Shown here in pieces: positions 20,494 through 30,372 of a DNA stretch of 64,000 nt. The stretch comes from an uncultured Bdellovibrio sp. (GTDB lineage: Bacteria; Bdellovibrionota; Bdellovibrionia; Bdellovibrionales; Bdellovibrionaceae). Within the stretch, counting starts at the first letter, position 1; every line of letters starts with the position of its first letter. The notes beneath the pieces are model-generated. The model saw only the letters and a list, made by a program, of their open reading frames with translations, was not told the DNA's origin and did no database searches. The stretch lies in assembly GCA_963932905.1 (NCBI GenBank), contig CAWVRN010000019.1:20219-84218 (forward strand), given 5' to 3'. The position numbers and the translations under genes are program-made.

Positions 20494-20731
20494 TTTTTTG
20501 ATAGTGTTGGATTCTCTTCTTTCTTACGCGCAAATCAAGCTCGGTCTTCCTTTTGAGGGATATTCTTTTAAAGACATGAAAAAAATGAGTTCCACAGACA
20601 GGCGTTCAGCGCCGGCGAGGACTGCCGAGGCTTTTTTTATGTCTTTAAAAGAATATCCCTCAAAAGGAAGACCCCTCGCATTACCCAAGGCCTAAGCTTA
20701 AGAAAGAAGAGAATCCAACACCATCAAAAAA
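20494..20731. repeat. Long nested inverted repeat (MITE/REPIN-like or structured RNA)
   Basis: Outer arms 20494-20526 / 20699-20731 (33 bp, 1 mismatch); inner arms about 20543-20584 / 20632-20673 (42 bp, 1 mismatch). Confidence 0.85.
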
Positions 20732-21070
20732 TACCCACGTCGGGGGCGCCTAGCCGCAGCCGTTTCCTTCTTCATTCGTCGATGTTCATCAAAAACCCGG
20801 GGGATACCCCGATGCCGGTTTGCCGGTTGCCTAGATGCGGCCCTGTTAAGGAAGTGTAAAACCTAGAGTTTGTAAATTTCGGTTGGAGGATAATTTTTTC
20901 AATTCGAAGCTGCCAACTAATCTATTGCTTATGGTGCGATTCATTTGCCTGTTCCACTTCGCAACCACGGATGATTAATTTCATTTCAAAATAACAGGGA
21001 TTTACTTTTAAAGTGAGCGGCTTTAGTCAAGCTGAGTCTTTAAAACATAAATTAAACAATGGAGTTTAAA

Positions 21071-21442
21071 ATGAAATCAGTAGTAGCTTTGTTTCTTTTC
21101 GCAGCGTCGTTGGCATCAGCAACATCAATGAAGCCTTATGACAAATGGGCTTGTAACTTTGAATATCCTCGCAATCAGATGATTCGTGGAGTAAAAGTAA
21201 ATGTTGATTTTGATTTGATTAAAAATCAAGGTTCAGCAATCGCAATCGCTCAATGTATTAATTGTCGTATTATGCCTCTTCAAGTCAGTGTTACTCGTCG
21301 CGTAGCAAATAACACTGTGTTTTTCACAAATGCTAAAAACAGTTTTGATTTAAGAATTTTCTGGTCACCAATCGCACGTCCGCATACGCCTTTAGCCGCT
21401 TTTTACAACGGTATTGCTGGAACTTGTACGGCCGTTAACTAA
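21071..21442 (+). CDS. Small exported hypothetical protein (4 Cys)
   Basis: SD GGAG, MKSVVALFLFAASLASA signal peptide. Confidence 0.7.
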   Translation: MKSVVALFLFAASLASATSMKPYDKWACNFEYPRNQMIRGVKVNVDFDLIKNQGSAIAIAQCINCRIMPLQVSVTRRVANNTVFFTNAKNSFDLRIFWSPIARPHTPLAAFYNGIAGTCTAVN

Positions 21443-21460
21443 TTTAATTGTCTATCTTTT

Positions 21461-21491
21461 GCATCCATACGGAACGGATTTGTATGGATGC
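21461..21491. terminator. Hairpin between convergent genes, probable terminator (T-run on the 5' side only)
   Basis: GCATCCATAC ... GTATGGATGC 10-bp perfect stem between 21442(+) and proC(-). Confidence 0.65.
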
Positions 21492-21507
21492 GACGGAAAA
21501 ATTGAAC

Positions 21508-22335
21508 TTATTTTAAAAGTTTCGCCATTTCTTGATTGCGTAGTCCTGCTTTTTCAAAGGCGACTCGTAGTGAGCGTTCGATTTCGGAATCGCGCATCGA
21601 TTGTAAGCCGGCTTCGGTAACACCTTTTTTAGATGCCACTCTGGCTTGCAATTCATCTAAATTTAAATTCGCGCTGTTTTTCGCTAGTAGTGAAGCCCCT
21701 AAGAATGTTTCTAGCGTTAGATTTTTAGCAACGTCTTCATCAAATCCATATTCAATCATCCAATCTTGCCAGTAGATCATCATTTCATAGACGAAGCCAA
21801 CTCCACTAGAGCAGGCGATCATGAAGGATTCAAACTGATCTTCATCTTTTACTTTTGTCGTTTGGCCAAGTGGCTTAAACAAATCTTCAACTAATGTATC
21901 CAAATACGAATCAGCTTGATCAGTGAAATAGCCAACCAAGCCCTGTCCAATCAGTGTGGGAGTATTCGGCATCAAACGAATCCAGCGCAGCAGTGGCAAA
22001 TGTTTTTTCAGGGTATTTAGTTTAACACCAGCCGCGAGGCTAATGACGATTTGTTTTTCAGAAAAAATTCCGCCCAAGGGGTCGATCGCAGCAAGCAGAT
22101 CTTGGGGTTTCATGGACAACACAACCACTTGGGTGCTTTCGACAAGCTCTTCATTGCTTTTCGCAATATTTACCCCGTACTGGTCGTGCAGTTTTAGCGG
22201 TTTGCCCGGAGAACGGTTACTGACAAAAATTTTCTGTGCGGGAATCACTTTGTTATCGATAAGACCTTTGATGATCGCTTGAGCCATATTTCCACAGCCC
22301 ATGAAACCAATTGAGTTTATGCCAGAGAAAACCAT
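21508..22335 (-). CDS. proC: Pyrroline-5-carboxylate reductase
   Basis: IGFMGCGNMA Rossmann motif, RLMPNTP, VASKKGVTEAG. Confidence 0.95.
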   Translation of the reverse strand: MVFSGINSIGFMGCGNMAQAIIKGLIDNKVIPAQKIFVSNRSPGKPLKLHDQYGVNIAKSNEELVESTQVVVLSMKPQDLLAAIDPLGGIFSEKQIVISLAAGVKLNTLKKHLPLLRWIRLMPNTPTLIGQGLVGYFTDQADSYLDTLVEDLFKPLGQTTKVKDEDQFESFMIACSSGVGFVYEMMIYWQDWMIEYGFDEDVAKNLTLETFLGASLLAKNSANLNLDELQARVASKKGVTEAGLQSMRDSEIERSLRVAFEKAGLRNQEMAKLLK

Positions 22336-23013
22336 TTAAACCCTTTCACCAAACAATATGGTGCCTACGCGAATTACCGTTGCGCCTTCTTGAAGAGCGA
22401 TTGGGTAATCCTGACTTGTTCCCATGGATAGACTATCCAATGGGTGACGGCTTGTATCCGTTTTTTTTCGAAGTTCCTGTTGTAGCTGATATAAATCTCT
22501 AAAATGGCCTCGCGTCAGAGATTCATCATCGCTAGGGGGAGGCAGGGCCATCAGTCCAACAATTTCTAATCCATCAATTGAAACTAATTGTGACCAATGT
22601 TTCAGCAATTCGGGTTTTGAAAAACCAGTTTTAGAATTTTCATTTGCTAAGTTTATTTCGATAAATATTTTTTGCTGTACGCCTGCAGTTTTTGATTTTT
22701 GCCCTATGAGTTCAGCGATTTTCAAAGAATCTACAGAATGAATGTAGGCAAATTTGCCAATGATTGAATTCACTTTTTTTGACTGCAAATGCCCAATTAA
22801 ATGCCATTCCAAATTTTTTGGAAGTGCTTCGATTTTTTCTAATGCTTCTTGCACATAATTTTCACCAAATGCCAACTGCTGCTGATTAGCAAGATCGATA
22901 ATTTTTTCAATTGGCTGCCGTTTAGAAACAGCGAGTAGTTTTACTTTTTCAGGGTGTGGACTAAATTTTTTTATTTCAGATTGAATCTGAGCCACAGTTT
23001 TTGTTTCGCTCAT
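22336..23013 (-). CDS. yggS: PLP homeostasis protein YggS/PLPBP
   Basis: LLAVSK, FGENYVQE, WHLIGHLQSKK, LSMGTSQD, RVGTILFG. Confidence 0.96.
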   Translation of the reverse strand: MSETKTVAQIQSEIKKFSPHPEKVKLLAVSKRQPIEKIIDLANQQQLAFGENYVQEALEKIEALPKNLEWHLIGHLQSKKVNSIIGKFAYIHSVDSLKIAELIGQKSKTAGVQQKIFIEINLANENSKTGFSKPELLKHWSQLVSIDGLEIVGLMALPPPSDDESLTRGHFRDLYQLQQELRKKTDTSRHPLDSLSMGTSQDYPIALQEGATVIRVGTILFGERV

Positions 23014-23015
23014 AA

Positions 23016-23612
23016 TTATTTGCCCGCTACAAAATTAAATTCATTTTTCAAAATGGGAGCGATGGTTTCGATAGGAAAACCAATAATATTATTCATCGAG
23101 CCACGGTGATAGGCCACTAACCTCTGACCAAGGCCTTGAATTCCATAGGCACCAGCCTTGTCCATACCTTCGTCGGTATTCACATAGTCATTAATTTCGC
23201 TGTCTGTTAACAACCGAAATTGCACAAGTGACGACTCAAGATGAGACACTTCCTTTAAGGATTTCAAATTTTTAATGATGACCGCTGTTTTTACAAAGTG
23301 AGCATTTCCAGACAAACGTCTAATTATTTCTCGTGAATGCTCTCTATTTTGAGGCTTACCGAGGTGATGCCCCTCGAACAGTACCTCGGTATCAGATACG
23401 ATGACGGTAGAATCCTCTTTGGACAGGCCTTTTAGCCACATTTCCGCCGCCTCTAACTTTTGTCGTGTTATACTTAAAATCTGGGTGTCCGGGTGTAATT
23501 TTTCGTCAATTAATTCCGATGTAGAAATAGGTATGGAAGTAAATGAAAAGCCTGCTTTTTCAAGTAATTGGATTCGTCGGGGAGATTGAGATGCTAATAC
23601 TAATTCGCTCAT
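23016..23612 (-). CDS. maf: Maf family nucleotide pyrophosphatase
   Basis: LVLASQSPRR, DKAGAYGIQG, NIIGFP. Confidence 0.95.
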   Translation of the reverse strand: MSELVLASQSPRRIQLLEKAGFSFTSIPISTSELIDEKLHPDTQILSITRQKLEAAEMWLKGLSKEDSTVIVSDTEVLFEGHHLGKPQNREHSREIIRRLSGNAHFVKTAVIIKNLKSLKEVSHLESSLVQFRLLTDSEINDYVNTDEGMDKAGAYGIQGLGQRLVAYHRGSMNNIIGFPIETIAPILKNEFNFVAGK

Positions 23613-23642
23613 CCAATTTCACTCAAACACGAAAGGGATAAA

Positions 23643-24548
23643 ATGGGAAGTGATAACATATTGCTTTTTTTGGCTGTCTTTCTGGGCGGAATCTCTGTGT
23701 ATTTTTTTGTTGCTGCATTCATTCAAAGCAACAAAGACAAGCAGCAATTAAGCTGGGCGAATAATGACGAGCCTATTAAATCAAAAAACCCAATTATCAA
23801 TATGTCTCGGCCACTTGTGCATCAATTCACGTTGCAACATGCATTGAAAGTTAAAAGCGCAAGCTATCGCAAAAAAGTTTCTAAATACATCATGGTTGGC
23901 GGTTTGTCAGCAGAGCTGAACGAAGACGAATTCATCGGGTTGCAAATCTTGTGGGGAGTAATGTTCCCAGCGTTTATCTCGTTGATGGATTTTGCATTGC
24001 AATTGGAATTTCCATTTATTTTTATCTTGGCGTTAATTCCATTTGGATTCTATTTGCCGATCATGCACGCCATGGGCGAGAAAGCAAAACGCGAAGCCAG
24101 CGTTCGTGCCGATCTTCCTTTCTTCATCGACTTGTTAGCATTGTCGGTGGAAGCTGGCCTTGAGTTTTTCTCGGCGGTACAAAAACTTATCGATAAATCA
24201 AAAGGTACGGATAGCGTATTAGCCGCCGAGCTTGCAATCGTGATTCACGAAACCCAAATGGGTTCATCACGGGAAGAAGCCTTAAGAAAAATGGTCGCAC
24301 GACTCGACATGAGTGAAATCACGTCGTTTGTTGCCGTGATTCTTGATGCACAAGCATCGGGTGCGCCAATTTCCAGAGTCTTGAAAGAACAATCCGAACA
24401 AATCAGGTTAGAACGATTTGTGCGGGCAGAAAAAGCCGGTGAAAAAGCAACACAAACTATCATGATTCCAATCATGGTGTGTATTGTACCAGCTGTTTTC
24501 ATTATGGTCTTGGGACCAGTGGCGTTAGGTATGATGTACGGTGGGTAA
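23643..24548 (+). CDS. tadC: Tad/Flp pilus platform protein TadC (T2SSF domain)
   Basis: DLPFFIDLLALSVEAGL, G-apisrvLkeqseqiRleR..RAEKAGEK, C-terminal PIMVCIVP TM. Confidence 0.9.
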   Translation: MGSDNILLFLAVFLGGISVYFFVAAFIQSNKDKQQLSWANNDEPIKSKNPIINMSRPLVHQFTLQHALKVKSASYRKKVSKYIMVGGLSAELNEDEFIGLQILWGVMFPAFISLMDFALQLEFPFIFILALIPFGFYLPIMHAMGEKAKREASVRADLPFFIDLLALSVEAGLEFFSAVQKLIDKSKGTDSVLAAELAIVIHETQMGSSREEALRKMVARLDMSEITSFVAVILDAQASGAPISRVLKEQSEQIRLERFVRAEKAGEKATQTIMIPIMVCIVPAVFIMVLGPVALGMMYGG

Positions 24549-24896
24549 ATGAAGAAACTATGGAATAAAACTCAGAACGAATTACTTGTTGGCCAACTCG
24601 AGGTGGCAACTGCTTTTGTTGATCGTGGTGTTGGATTGTTAAAACGTACAAGTTTGAATGACCAAGAAGGTTTATGGATTAATCCATGTAACAGCATTCA
24701 CACATTTTTTATGAAGTTTCCTATTGATTGTATTTTTATAACCAAGGATTTGGTCGTGGATGATTTAGTTGAAAATGTAGCGCCGTGGAAAGTGGTTTTC
24801 CCAAGATGGAAATCACGTTCCGTGATCGAGCTACCATCTGGATTTATTCGTAAATCAAAAGTAAAGAAAGGAGATCAGCTCGATGTGGTCTCTTAG
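24549..24896 (+). CDS. DUF192 family protein
   Basis: ATAFVDRGVGLL, PCNSIHTFFMKFPID, VIELPSG. Confidence 0.9.
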   Translation: MKKLWNKTQNELLVGQLEVATAFVDRGVGLLKRTSLNDQEGLWINPCNSIHTFFMKFPIDCIFITKDLVVDDLVENVAPWKVVFPRWKSRSVIELPSGFIRKSKVKKGDQLDVVS

Positions 24897-26514
24897 AGTA
24901 TTAAATGGTCCTCAAGGGGGCCAAATATTTAATCTTAAAAATGGGAAGAACACAGTGGGGCGCGCCTCTCAGTGTGATATCAAGATCATGGTTCAGGGTG
25001 TGTCTAAGATTCACTGCGAATTGCACGTGACTCAAGAAGGAATCAAAGTTGTTGATAATAATTCCAGCAATGGAACTTATGTAAATGGAACTAAAATTCA
25101 ATCTACGGTTTTACGTTTGGGCGATAAATTCAGTATCCATAATGTTTTCCTAGATGTTGTGCCGACACCGCAATTAAAAGCAAATACTCAGTTAATTCGA
25201 CAAGGACAGCAACAACAAGTTCCTCAAGGTTTTATCCCACAACCGCATGGTGCTTTGGCTCATCAGCAGCAACCAATGCAAATGAATTCTATTTATCAGC
25301 AACAAATGCAGCAGGCCCATTTGTCTGTTGCCAAAGAGCCAAGACAAGACAAACCAGCTCAAAAAGATTTTAAAGAAAAGTTTGAAGAGTATTTAAATAA
25401 GGTTGTTTTGCCCGGCGTTTATAAACTGGCTCAGATTTTTGAAATGAAAATGGTTCTTGCTGGTTTCGTCGGTTTATTCATTTTTGCAGTAACACTTTTT
25501 TCTTTGTTCCCGATGATTACGGTCAGTCGCGACAGCATTCAAAGTGAAGCGAGAAAACGTGCCGGATCACTTGCTCGTGCCCTAGCGGAAACCAATCGTC
25601 GCGGTATTTCAGAAAATAACTATGCCTCATTAAGTACGTTTTCAATCGAACGCGAGGATGGAGTTAAAGAAGCTCTTATTATAAGCAGAACAGATGGATC
25701 GGTGATCGCTCCAGCGGCCAAGTCAGGTAGAACTATGGACATTCCTTTCTTGAATGAAGTTCAACGTTCTAGCCGTGATATTGTTAGATCGATTGATGGA
25801 ACTACGATTGGTGCTTCATTCCCAATTGAACGCTATGATATCGACAAACAAGAATCCGTACCGGTGGCGTTTGCTGTTGTCATTTATGATATCAGCATTT
25901 TAGCTATGGATGACGGGATCATCGTTAGCTTGTTTATGCAGAACTTAATCATCGCCAGTATTTTTGGTGGTATTCTGTTCTTTTTCTTGTACAAATTAAT
26001 CGAATTTCCAATTTCAAGTCTAAACAGACAGCTGGATATAGCACTTCGCGAGAAAACTGATGCTATCGAAAATACATTCTTGTTCCCTCCATTACAGGCT
26101 TTGGCCGGTAACGTATCTAGTTTACTAACACGCTATATTAGCGGTGAAGGTCAATCGCAAGGTTCACAAAGCAAAGACTTTGAAGCCACTATGTTGATTC
26201 AGCATTTCCGTGACCCTGCATTTGCAGTGACACCAGAGAAAAAGATTTTGAATCTAAATAGTAATTTTGAATCACTTGCGCAAAACTCTGTGGAAAACCT
26301 TATGTCCCAAGGTATTGATGCTATTGTTGATCAGTCGTTGAAACTAAATATTTACGAATTGATTCAAGAATCAGTTCAGGTCCCAAATCAAATTCACCAA
26401 CGTGAATTGGATATGGGCCGCGGTACAATTGTTATACGTTGTCATCCAGTTATGAATGGCGCAAACCCAGATTATTTTTTGTTCTCGATTGTACCTAAGA
26501 AGGAAGATACTTGA
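24883..26514 (+). CDS. FHA-domain membrane protein (FHA, Q-rich linker, two TMs around a periplasmic domain, PAS-like C-terminus)
   Basis: VGR...VSKIH...SSNGTYVNG FHA motifs; two hydrophobic segments. Confidence 0.85.
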   Translation: MWSLRVLNGPQGGQIFNLKNGKNTVGRASQCDIKIMVQGVSKIHCELHVTQEGIKVVDNNSSNGTYVNGTKIQSTVLRLGDKFSIHNVFLDVVPTPQLKANTQLIRQGQQQQVPQGFIPQPHGALAHQQQPMQMNSIYQQQMQQAHLSVAKEPRQDKPAQKDFKEKFEEYLNKVVLPGVYKLAQIFEMKMVLAGFVGLFIFAVTLFSLFPMITVSRDSIQSEARKRAGSLARALAETNRRGISENNYASLSTFSIEREDGVKEALIISRTDGSVIAPAAKSGRTMDIPFLNEVQRSSRDIVRSIDGTTIGASFPIERYDIDKQESVPVAFAVVIYDISILAMDDGIIVSLFMQNLIIASIFGGILFFFLYKLIEFPISSLNRQLDIALREKTDAIENTFLFPPLQALAGNVSSLLTRYISGEGQSQGSQSKDFEATMLIQHFRDPAFAVTPEKKILNLNSNFESLAQNSVENLMSQGIDAIVDQSLKLNIYELIQESVQVPNQIHQRELDMGRGTIVIRCHPVMNGANPDYFLFSIVPKKEDT

Positions 26515-27602
26515 TGAGTGCTGCGGCTAAAGTAAAACTTTTACCTTTCGAATTAGAGGTTGTTTCAGGTCCACACCTGGGGCAGAAGTTTTCTTTTGTC
26601 GATACGGAATCGCTTACTATTGGTCGTGGTCCAGAAAATCAAATCAGTCTTCCCCACGATCCACGCGTAAGTCGCATCCATGCAGAGATCCGCCAAGAAA
26701 ACGATGCTATCTACGCCATTAATAGAACAGATAAAAATTCGATGCTGATAAATGGTTTGAAAGAAGATAAATTCAAAATTACTCAATCATGTGTGATTTC
26801 AATTGGCGAAACGGAATTCAAATTTATTTATCCACAAACGGCTCCGAAACAATTCAAAAATCCGTTACAGCCTTTGTCGACAACAGTGCCGGTGGGATTA
26901 GTACAGCCGCAGCCGCAAGCTCAAGTTCCTGGACCTTTGATGAGGCAACCGCCTCCAAGTACATTTAGAAATCAAGGACCTGTGACTCCGAATTCAATGA
27001 ATTCGGGCGCCCCACCGCAGGCACCAAGACGTCGTAAGGTTCCTAAAAAACAAGAGAGCTTTAATCCGATGTATTTAATTGCGATCGTGGGAATCGTCGT
27101 AGTCGCTATACTTGTATTGCCAAGTAAACCAAGCGAAAACGTAACTCCGGAAAAACCGGTAGAGATTGTTACCCCGGTATTTCAGGACGATCGTCGTTAT
27201 CAAGAGTCTGTAGAACGTGCTAAGCAAGCTCTATTGAAAATGGAGAATTTGAACTCCCGTCAAGCGATGGCTCAGCAGTTTTTTATTAGTGGTATGCGTG
27301 AATTTTTAAATGGTAATTACCAAAGATCTATTAGCTTTTTGAACTCGGCTTATCAGAGCGATCCGACACTGGTCGACGCGGATAAGTTCGCTCGAGAGGC
27401 TCAACGAAAGCTAGACCGTCTGATTGATTTCTACTTTGCAGAAGGGTTAAAATATAGAGAAAATAGTAATTATAGAATGTGTAAATCGTCGTTTCAAACT
27501 GTCCAGCTTTATATTCGAAACAACATGAAGCATCCAAAATACTTGGAGGCTAAGCAGTTTTTTGAAGAATGTACTAACTTAGACCGAGTGAGGAGATTCT
27601 AA
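26511..27602 (+). CDS. FHA-domain, single-TM, TPR-like protein
   Basis: IGRGPEN...VSRIH FHA; Pro-rich linker; TM; helical TPR-like C-terminus. Confidence 0.85.
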   Translation: MMSAAAKVKLLPFELEVVSGPHLGQKFSFVDTESLTIGRGPENQISLPHDPRVSRIHAEIRQENDAIYAINRTDKNSMLINGLKEDKFKITQSCVISIGETEFKFIYPQTAPKQFKNPLQPLSTTVPVGLVQPQPQAQVPGPLMRQPPPSTFRNQGPVTPNSMNSGAPPQAPRRRKVPKKQESFNPMYLIAIVGIVVVAILVLPSKPSENVTPEKPVEIVTPVFQDDRRYQESVERAKQALLKMENLNSRQAMAQQFFISGMREFLNGNYQRSISFLNSAYQSDPTLVDADKFAREAQRKLDRLIDFYFAEGLKYRENSNYRMCKSSFQTVQLYIRNNMKHPKYLEAKQFFEECTNLDRVRRF

Positions 27603-29701
27603 TGTCATCCTTACGAATCAAACAAAACGGAAAATTAGTAAAAGAAATTATCTTGGACGAAGCCAAGAGCTATCTAGCAGGCCGCAAAGAAGGCGCTGAT
27701 ATCTATATGGAAGCCGCTAAGGCAATTTCCAGAGAACATTTTATTTTAAAATTTGATCAAGCCTGGACGGTTGAAGTGCTGTCCCGTTTTGGCGATATCC
27801 AGTTTAACAATGACCGCGTTCGTCAGTTTACACTGCAAGAAGATTCTGTTTTCAGTATCTATCCCTATGATTTTGAATTTATTAAAGAAGATCCTAAAGT
27901 TATCGCTGCATCACAACCGATGCCGAACGATTTACCTATAATGGCCGCTGAAGAAAACATGATTGTTGGTGATGCCGACGAGTTTGAAAAAACGCGTGTC
28001 GGTGGCGTGTCCTTTGTGCCGCATATTCAGTTCATGGATGAGAATCAGTTTCTAGGAAGCTTAGTCGTTTTGCCTGAACAAAATGAATGGATTGCTGGTC
28101 GTGAAACATCGTGTGAAATTATTATAAATGATCACCGAGTTAGCCGTAAACAATTTAAAATTGCTCGTGAAGGTAACTCCTATTTCATTGTCGATCTGGG
28201 AAGTGTGAATGGCACTTCACTGAATTCAAAAATTCTTACCCCTAATGAATCGGTTCCAATCAGAAGTGGAGATCGCATCCAAGTATTAGATACTTTGATG
28301 ATGTTTGAGCTCAAGAATAAAGACTTTGATAACGAACTTAAGAAAATCCAAGACGCCAATATGCAGAATCCTGAGCATACTAATTTACCGGCGCTTCATA
28401 CGGGTGTGAGTATTGCTCATACTCAAGCGACTCAGAATTCGTTAGTTCACTACACTTCAGAGCAAGCGCCATTGCCGTCTTTATATCAAAACCAAAATCA
28501 AGGTCTAGCTCCCTATGTAGAACAGAATGGCCTTAATTATAACTATCAACAAGCTCCGATGCCCGAGGGTGAGTACGAAGAGTACGATGATTCTGGCGCG
28601 GACAAAAAGAAGCAAATACGTTTGCTCTTGGTTGCAGCGGTTGTTCTGGTTTTCATGTTTGTGGGGTATAGTGAATTTTTGGCGCCTAAGAAGCCGGTGA
28701 AGACTGCAAATCCAAACGACCCTTTTAGTAAATTGTCCTCAAGCGAGCTATCTCTATTAAAACAAAGTTATGAAATTGCGACCGATTACTATTTTAAAAA
28801 ATCATTTCAATTATCTTATGATGAAGCTCAAAAGATCATAAAAAAATTGGAAGACACAGGTATTCAATATAAGAAAACTAAATTTGGTTTAGAAGTGGAT
28901 GATCTATTAAAAAATGCAACGATAGCCATTGAAGCACAACGTGAAATTGATCGTCATAATAAAGAAATGGAAGTTAAGCAGAAGCAGGATCAAATCGTTT
29001 CGACTGTTTACAACGAATGCGAAAAAAAACTGGGTTCCAATCCGGAAATGACGTTAGCCGAATACGACGAATGTGCACGTGAAGCTGTGATGATTAATCC
29101 AGAGCATCCCCAGCGACAATCGGCCGTACTTAAAATTCAAGCGCATATCGAAGAAAAAAATCGTAAGGCGGCTGAACAGAAAAATTACCGCGAACGTGTA
29201 GCTAAACTAAAATCAATTTACGATCGTGCGTATTCGTCGGAAAAAAGTGGAAATTTACTGCAGGCTATTGATGAATATAAAGTTGTCTTGAAGCAAGACC
29301 TGCCAGATCCAGAAGAACTAAAAGATATTTCACATAGAAAAATCGCTTCGATTCAAAAAATGATTTCGACGAAATCTACTAAATTTGTCGACGACGCGGA
29401 AAAATTTGCTAGTCAGAAAAAATATAAAGAGGCGATCGATCAATTTAGAAAGGCTCAAAAGGTAAATCCTATAGATAGTAGCTTCGAAGATCGCATCGCC
29501 AGCCTTAAACGTGATTTAGCGAAGGAAATCAAACCCATTTGGGACGAATCTGTGATTGAGGAGCAGTACAATCAAGTGGAATGTATGGAAAATAAGTCGT
29601 GCGCCATCAAAAAATGGAAAGAAATTCTAGAAATGGACGTAAGAGATGGTGAGTATTATTCCAAAGCCCTAGTAAAGTTAAAAAAATATGGGGCTCATTA
29701 G
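27602..29701 (+). CDS. Tandem-FHA, single-TM, TPR-repeat protein
   Basis: AGRK...ISREH and AGRE...VSRKQ...GSVNGT FHA motifs; TM; TPR-like repeats (KYKEAIDQFRKAQKVNP). Confidence 0.85.
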   Translation: MSSLRIKQNGKLVKEIILDEAKSYLAGRKEGADIYMEAAKAISREHFILKFDQAWTVEVLSRFGDIQFNNDRVRQFTLQEDSVFSIYPYDFEFIKEDPKVIAASQPMPNDLPIMAAEENMIVGDADEFEKTRVGGVSFVPHIQFMDENQFLGSLVVLPEQNEWIAGRETSCEIIINDHRVSRKQFKIAREGNSYFIVDLGSVNGTSLNSKILTPNESVPIRSGDRIQVLDTLMMFELKNKDFDNELKKIQDANMQNPEHTNLPALHTGVSIAHTQATQNSLVHYTSEQAPLPSLYQNQNQGLAPYVEQNGLNYNYQQAPMPEGEYEEYDDSGADKKKQIRLLLVAAVVLVFMFVGYSEFLAPKKPVKTANPNDPFSKLSSSELSLLKQSYEIATDYYFKKSFQLSYDEAQKIIKKLEDTGIQYKKTKFGLEVDDLLKNATIAIEAQREIDRHNKEMEVKQKQDQIVSTVYNECEKKLGSNPEMTLAEYDECAREAVMINPEHPQRQSAVLKIQAHIEEKNRKAAEQKNYRERVAKLKSIYDRAYSSEKSGNLLQAIDEYKVVLKQDLPDPEELKDISHRKIASIQKMISTKSTKFVDDAEKFASQKKYKEAIDQFRKAQKVNPIDSSFEDRIASLKRDLAKEIKPIWDESVIEEQYNQVECMENKSCAIKKWKEILEMDVRDGEYYSKALVKLKKYGAH

Positions 29702-30372
29702 TGAAACTTCAAGAACGTAATTATAGCACCAAGGTCATCCGTCCTAAACCTACAGTATTTCATAGCCCTGATCTGAACATGATTGTGGTTATGACCTGCT
29801 GGGGGGAGAGTAGTTTCAAGGATCGTATTTTTGAGGAAATTCAAAAGTTCGTATTTGCTGCAGAAGGTGACGTGGAAGTAACGTCGCCGTTCGAGATGAA
29901 CACATATTTATCACGCAATTGTAACTTTCTAAGAATGTGTACACTGCTTATCAATGATTTGATTTATCGAGGCGAAAACCGTGATAATTACAAGTCTTGT
30001 TATGAACTAACAATTCTGTACAAAAAAGAAAACAAGTTTAGTTGGGTGCAGGTAGGGTCACCTAATATGTATTTGTTTAAAGATAGATTGATCCCGTTAA
30101 GCGTATCTTTGCCATTGGCTCATTCCATGACACCGAATGCGTTGCCATTGCCTCAGCAGTATTTGGGTACGGAAATGCATTGCCATTTTCAGCTTGGGGA
30201 GATTGTAGTGGATTCAAATCAAAAGGTTCTTTTGTTTAGTGATACAAGTTTATACCAAGATACTTGGGCATTGAGCGCCGCTGATTTTAATTTAGATAGA
30301 TTAATGAAAAATCAAATTCAGTTGGATCCCGAATCGCCGTTTTGGATGGCGATGATAGATTTTAAAGACTGA
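29701..30372 (+). CDS. PP2C/PPM phosphatase-like protein, apparently degenerate
   Basis: WVQVGSP (cf. aHVGDSR), QQYLG, VLLFSDT (cf. LLCSDG); canonical DG metal motifs absent. Confidence 0.55.
   Translation: MKLQERNYSTKVIRPKPTVFHSPDLNMIVVMTCWGESSFKDRIFEEIQKFVFAAEGDVEVTSPFEMNTYLSRNCNFLRMCTLLINDLIYRGENRDNYKSCYELTILYKKENKFSWVQVGSPNMYLFKDRLIPLSVSLPLAHSMTPNALPLPQQYLGTEMHCHFQLGEIVVDSNQKVLLFSDTSLYQDTWALSAADFNLDRLMKNQIQLDPESPFWMAMIDFKD

Noticed and set aside
20498..20695. 65-aa ORF
   Set aside because: Lies wholly inside the inverted repeat, has a TTG start and no recognisable protein features; probable by-product of the repeat
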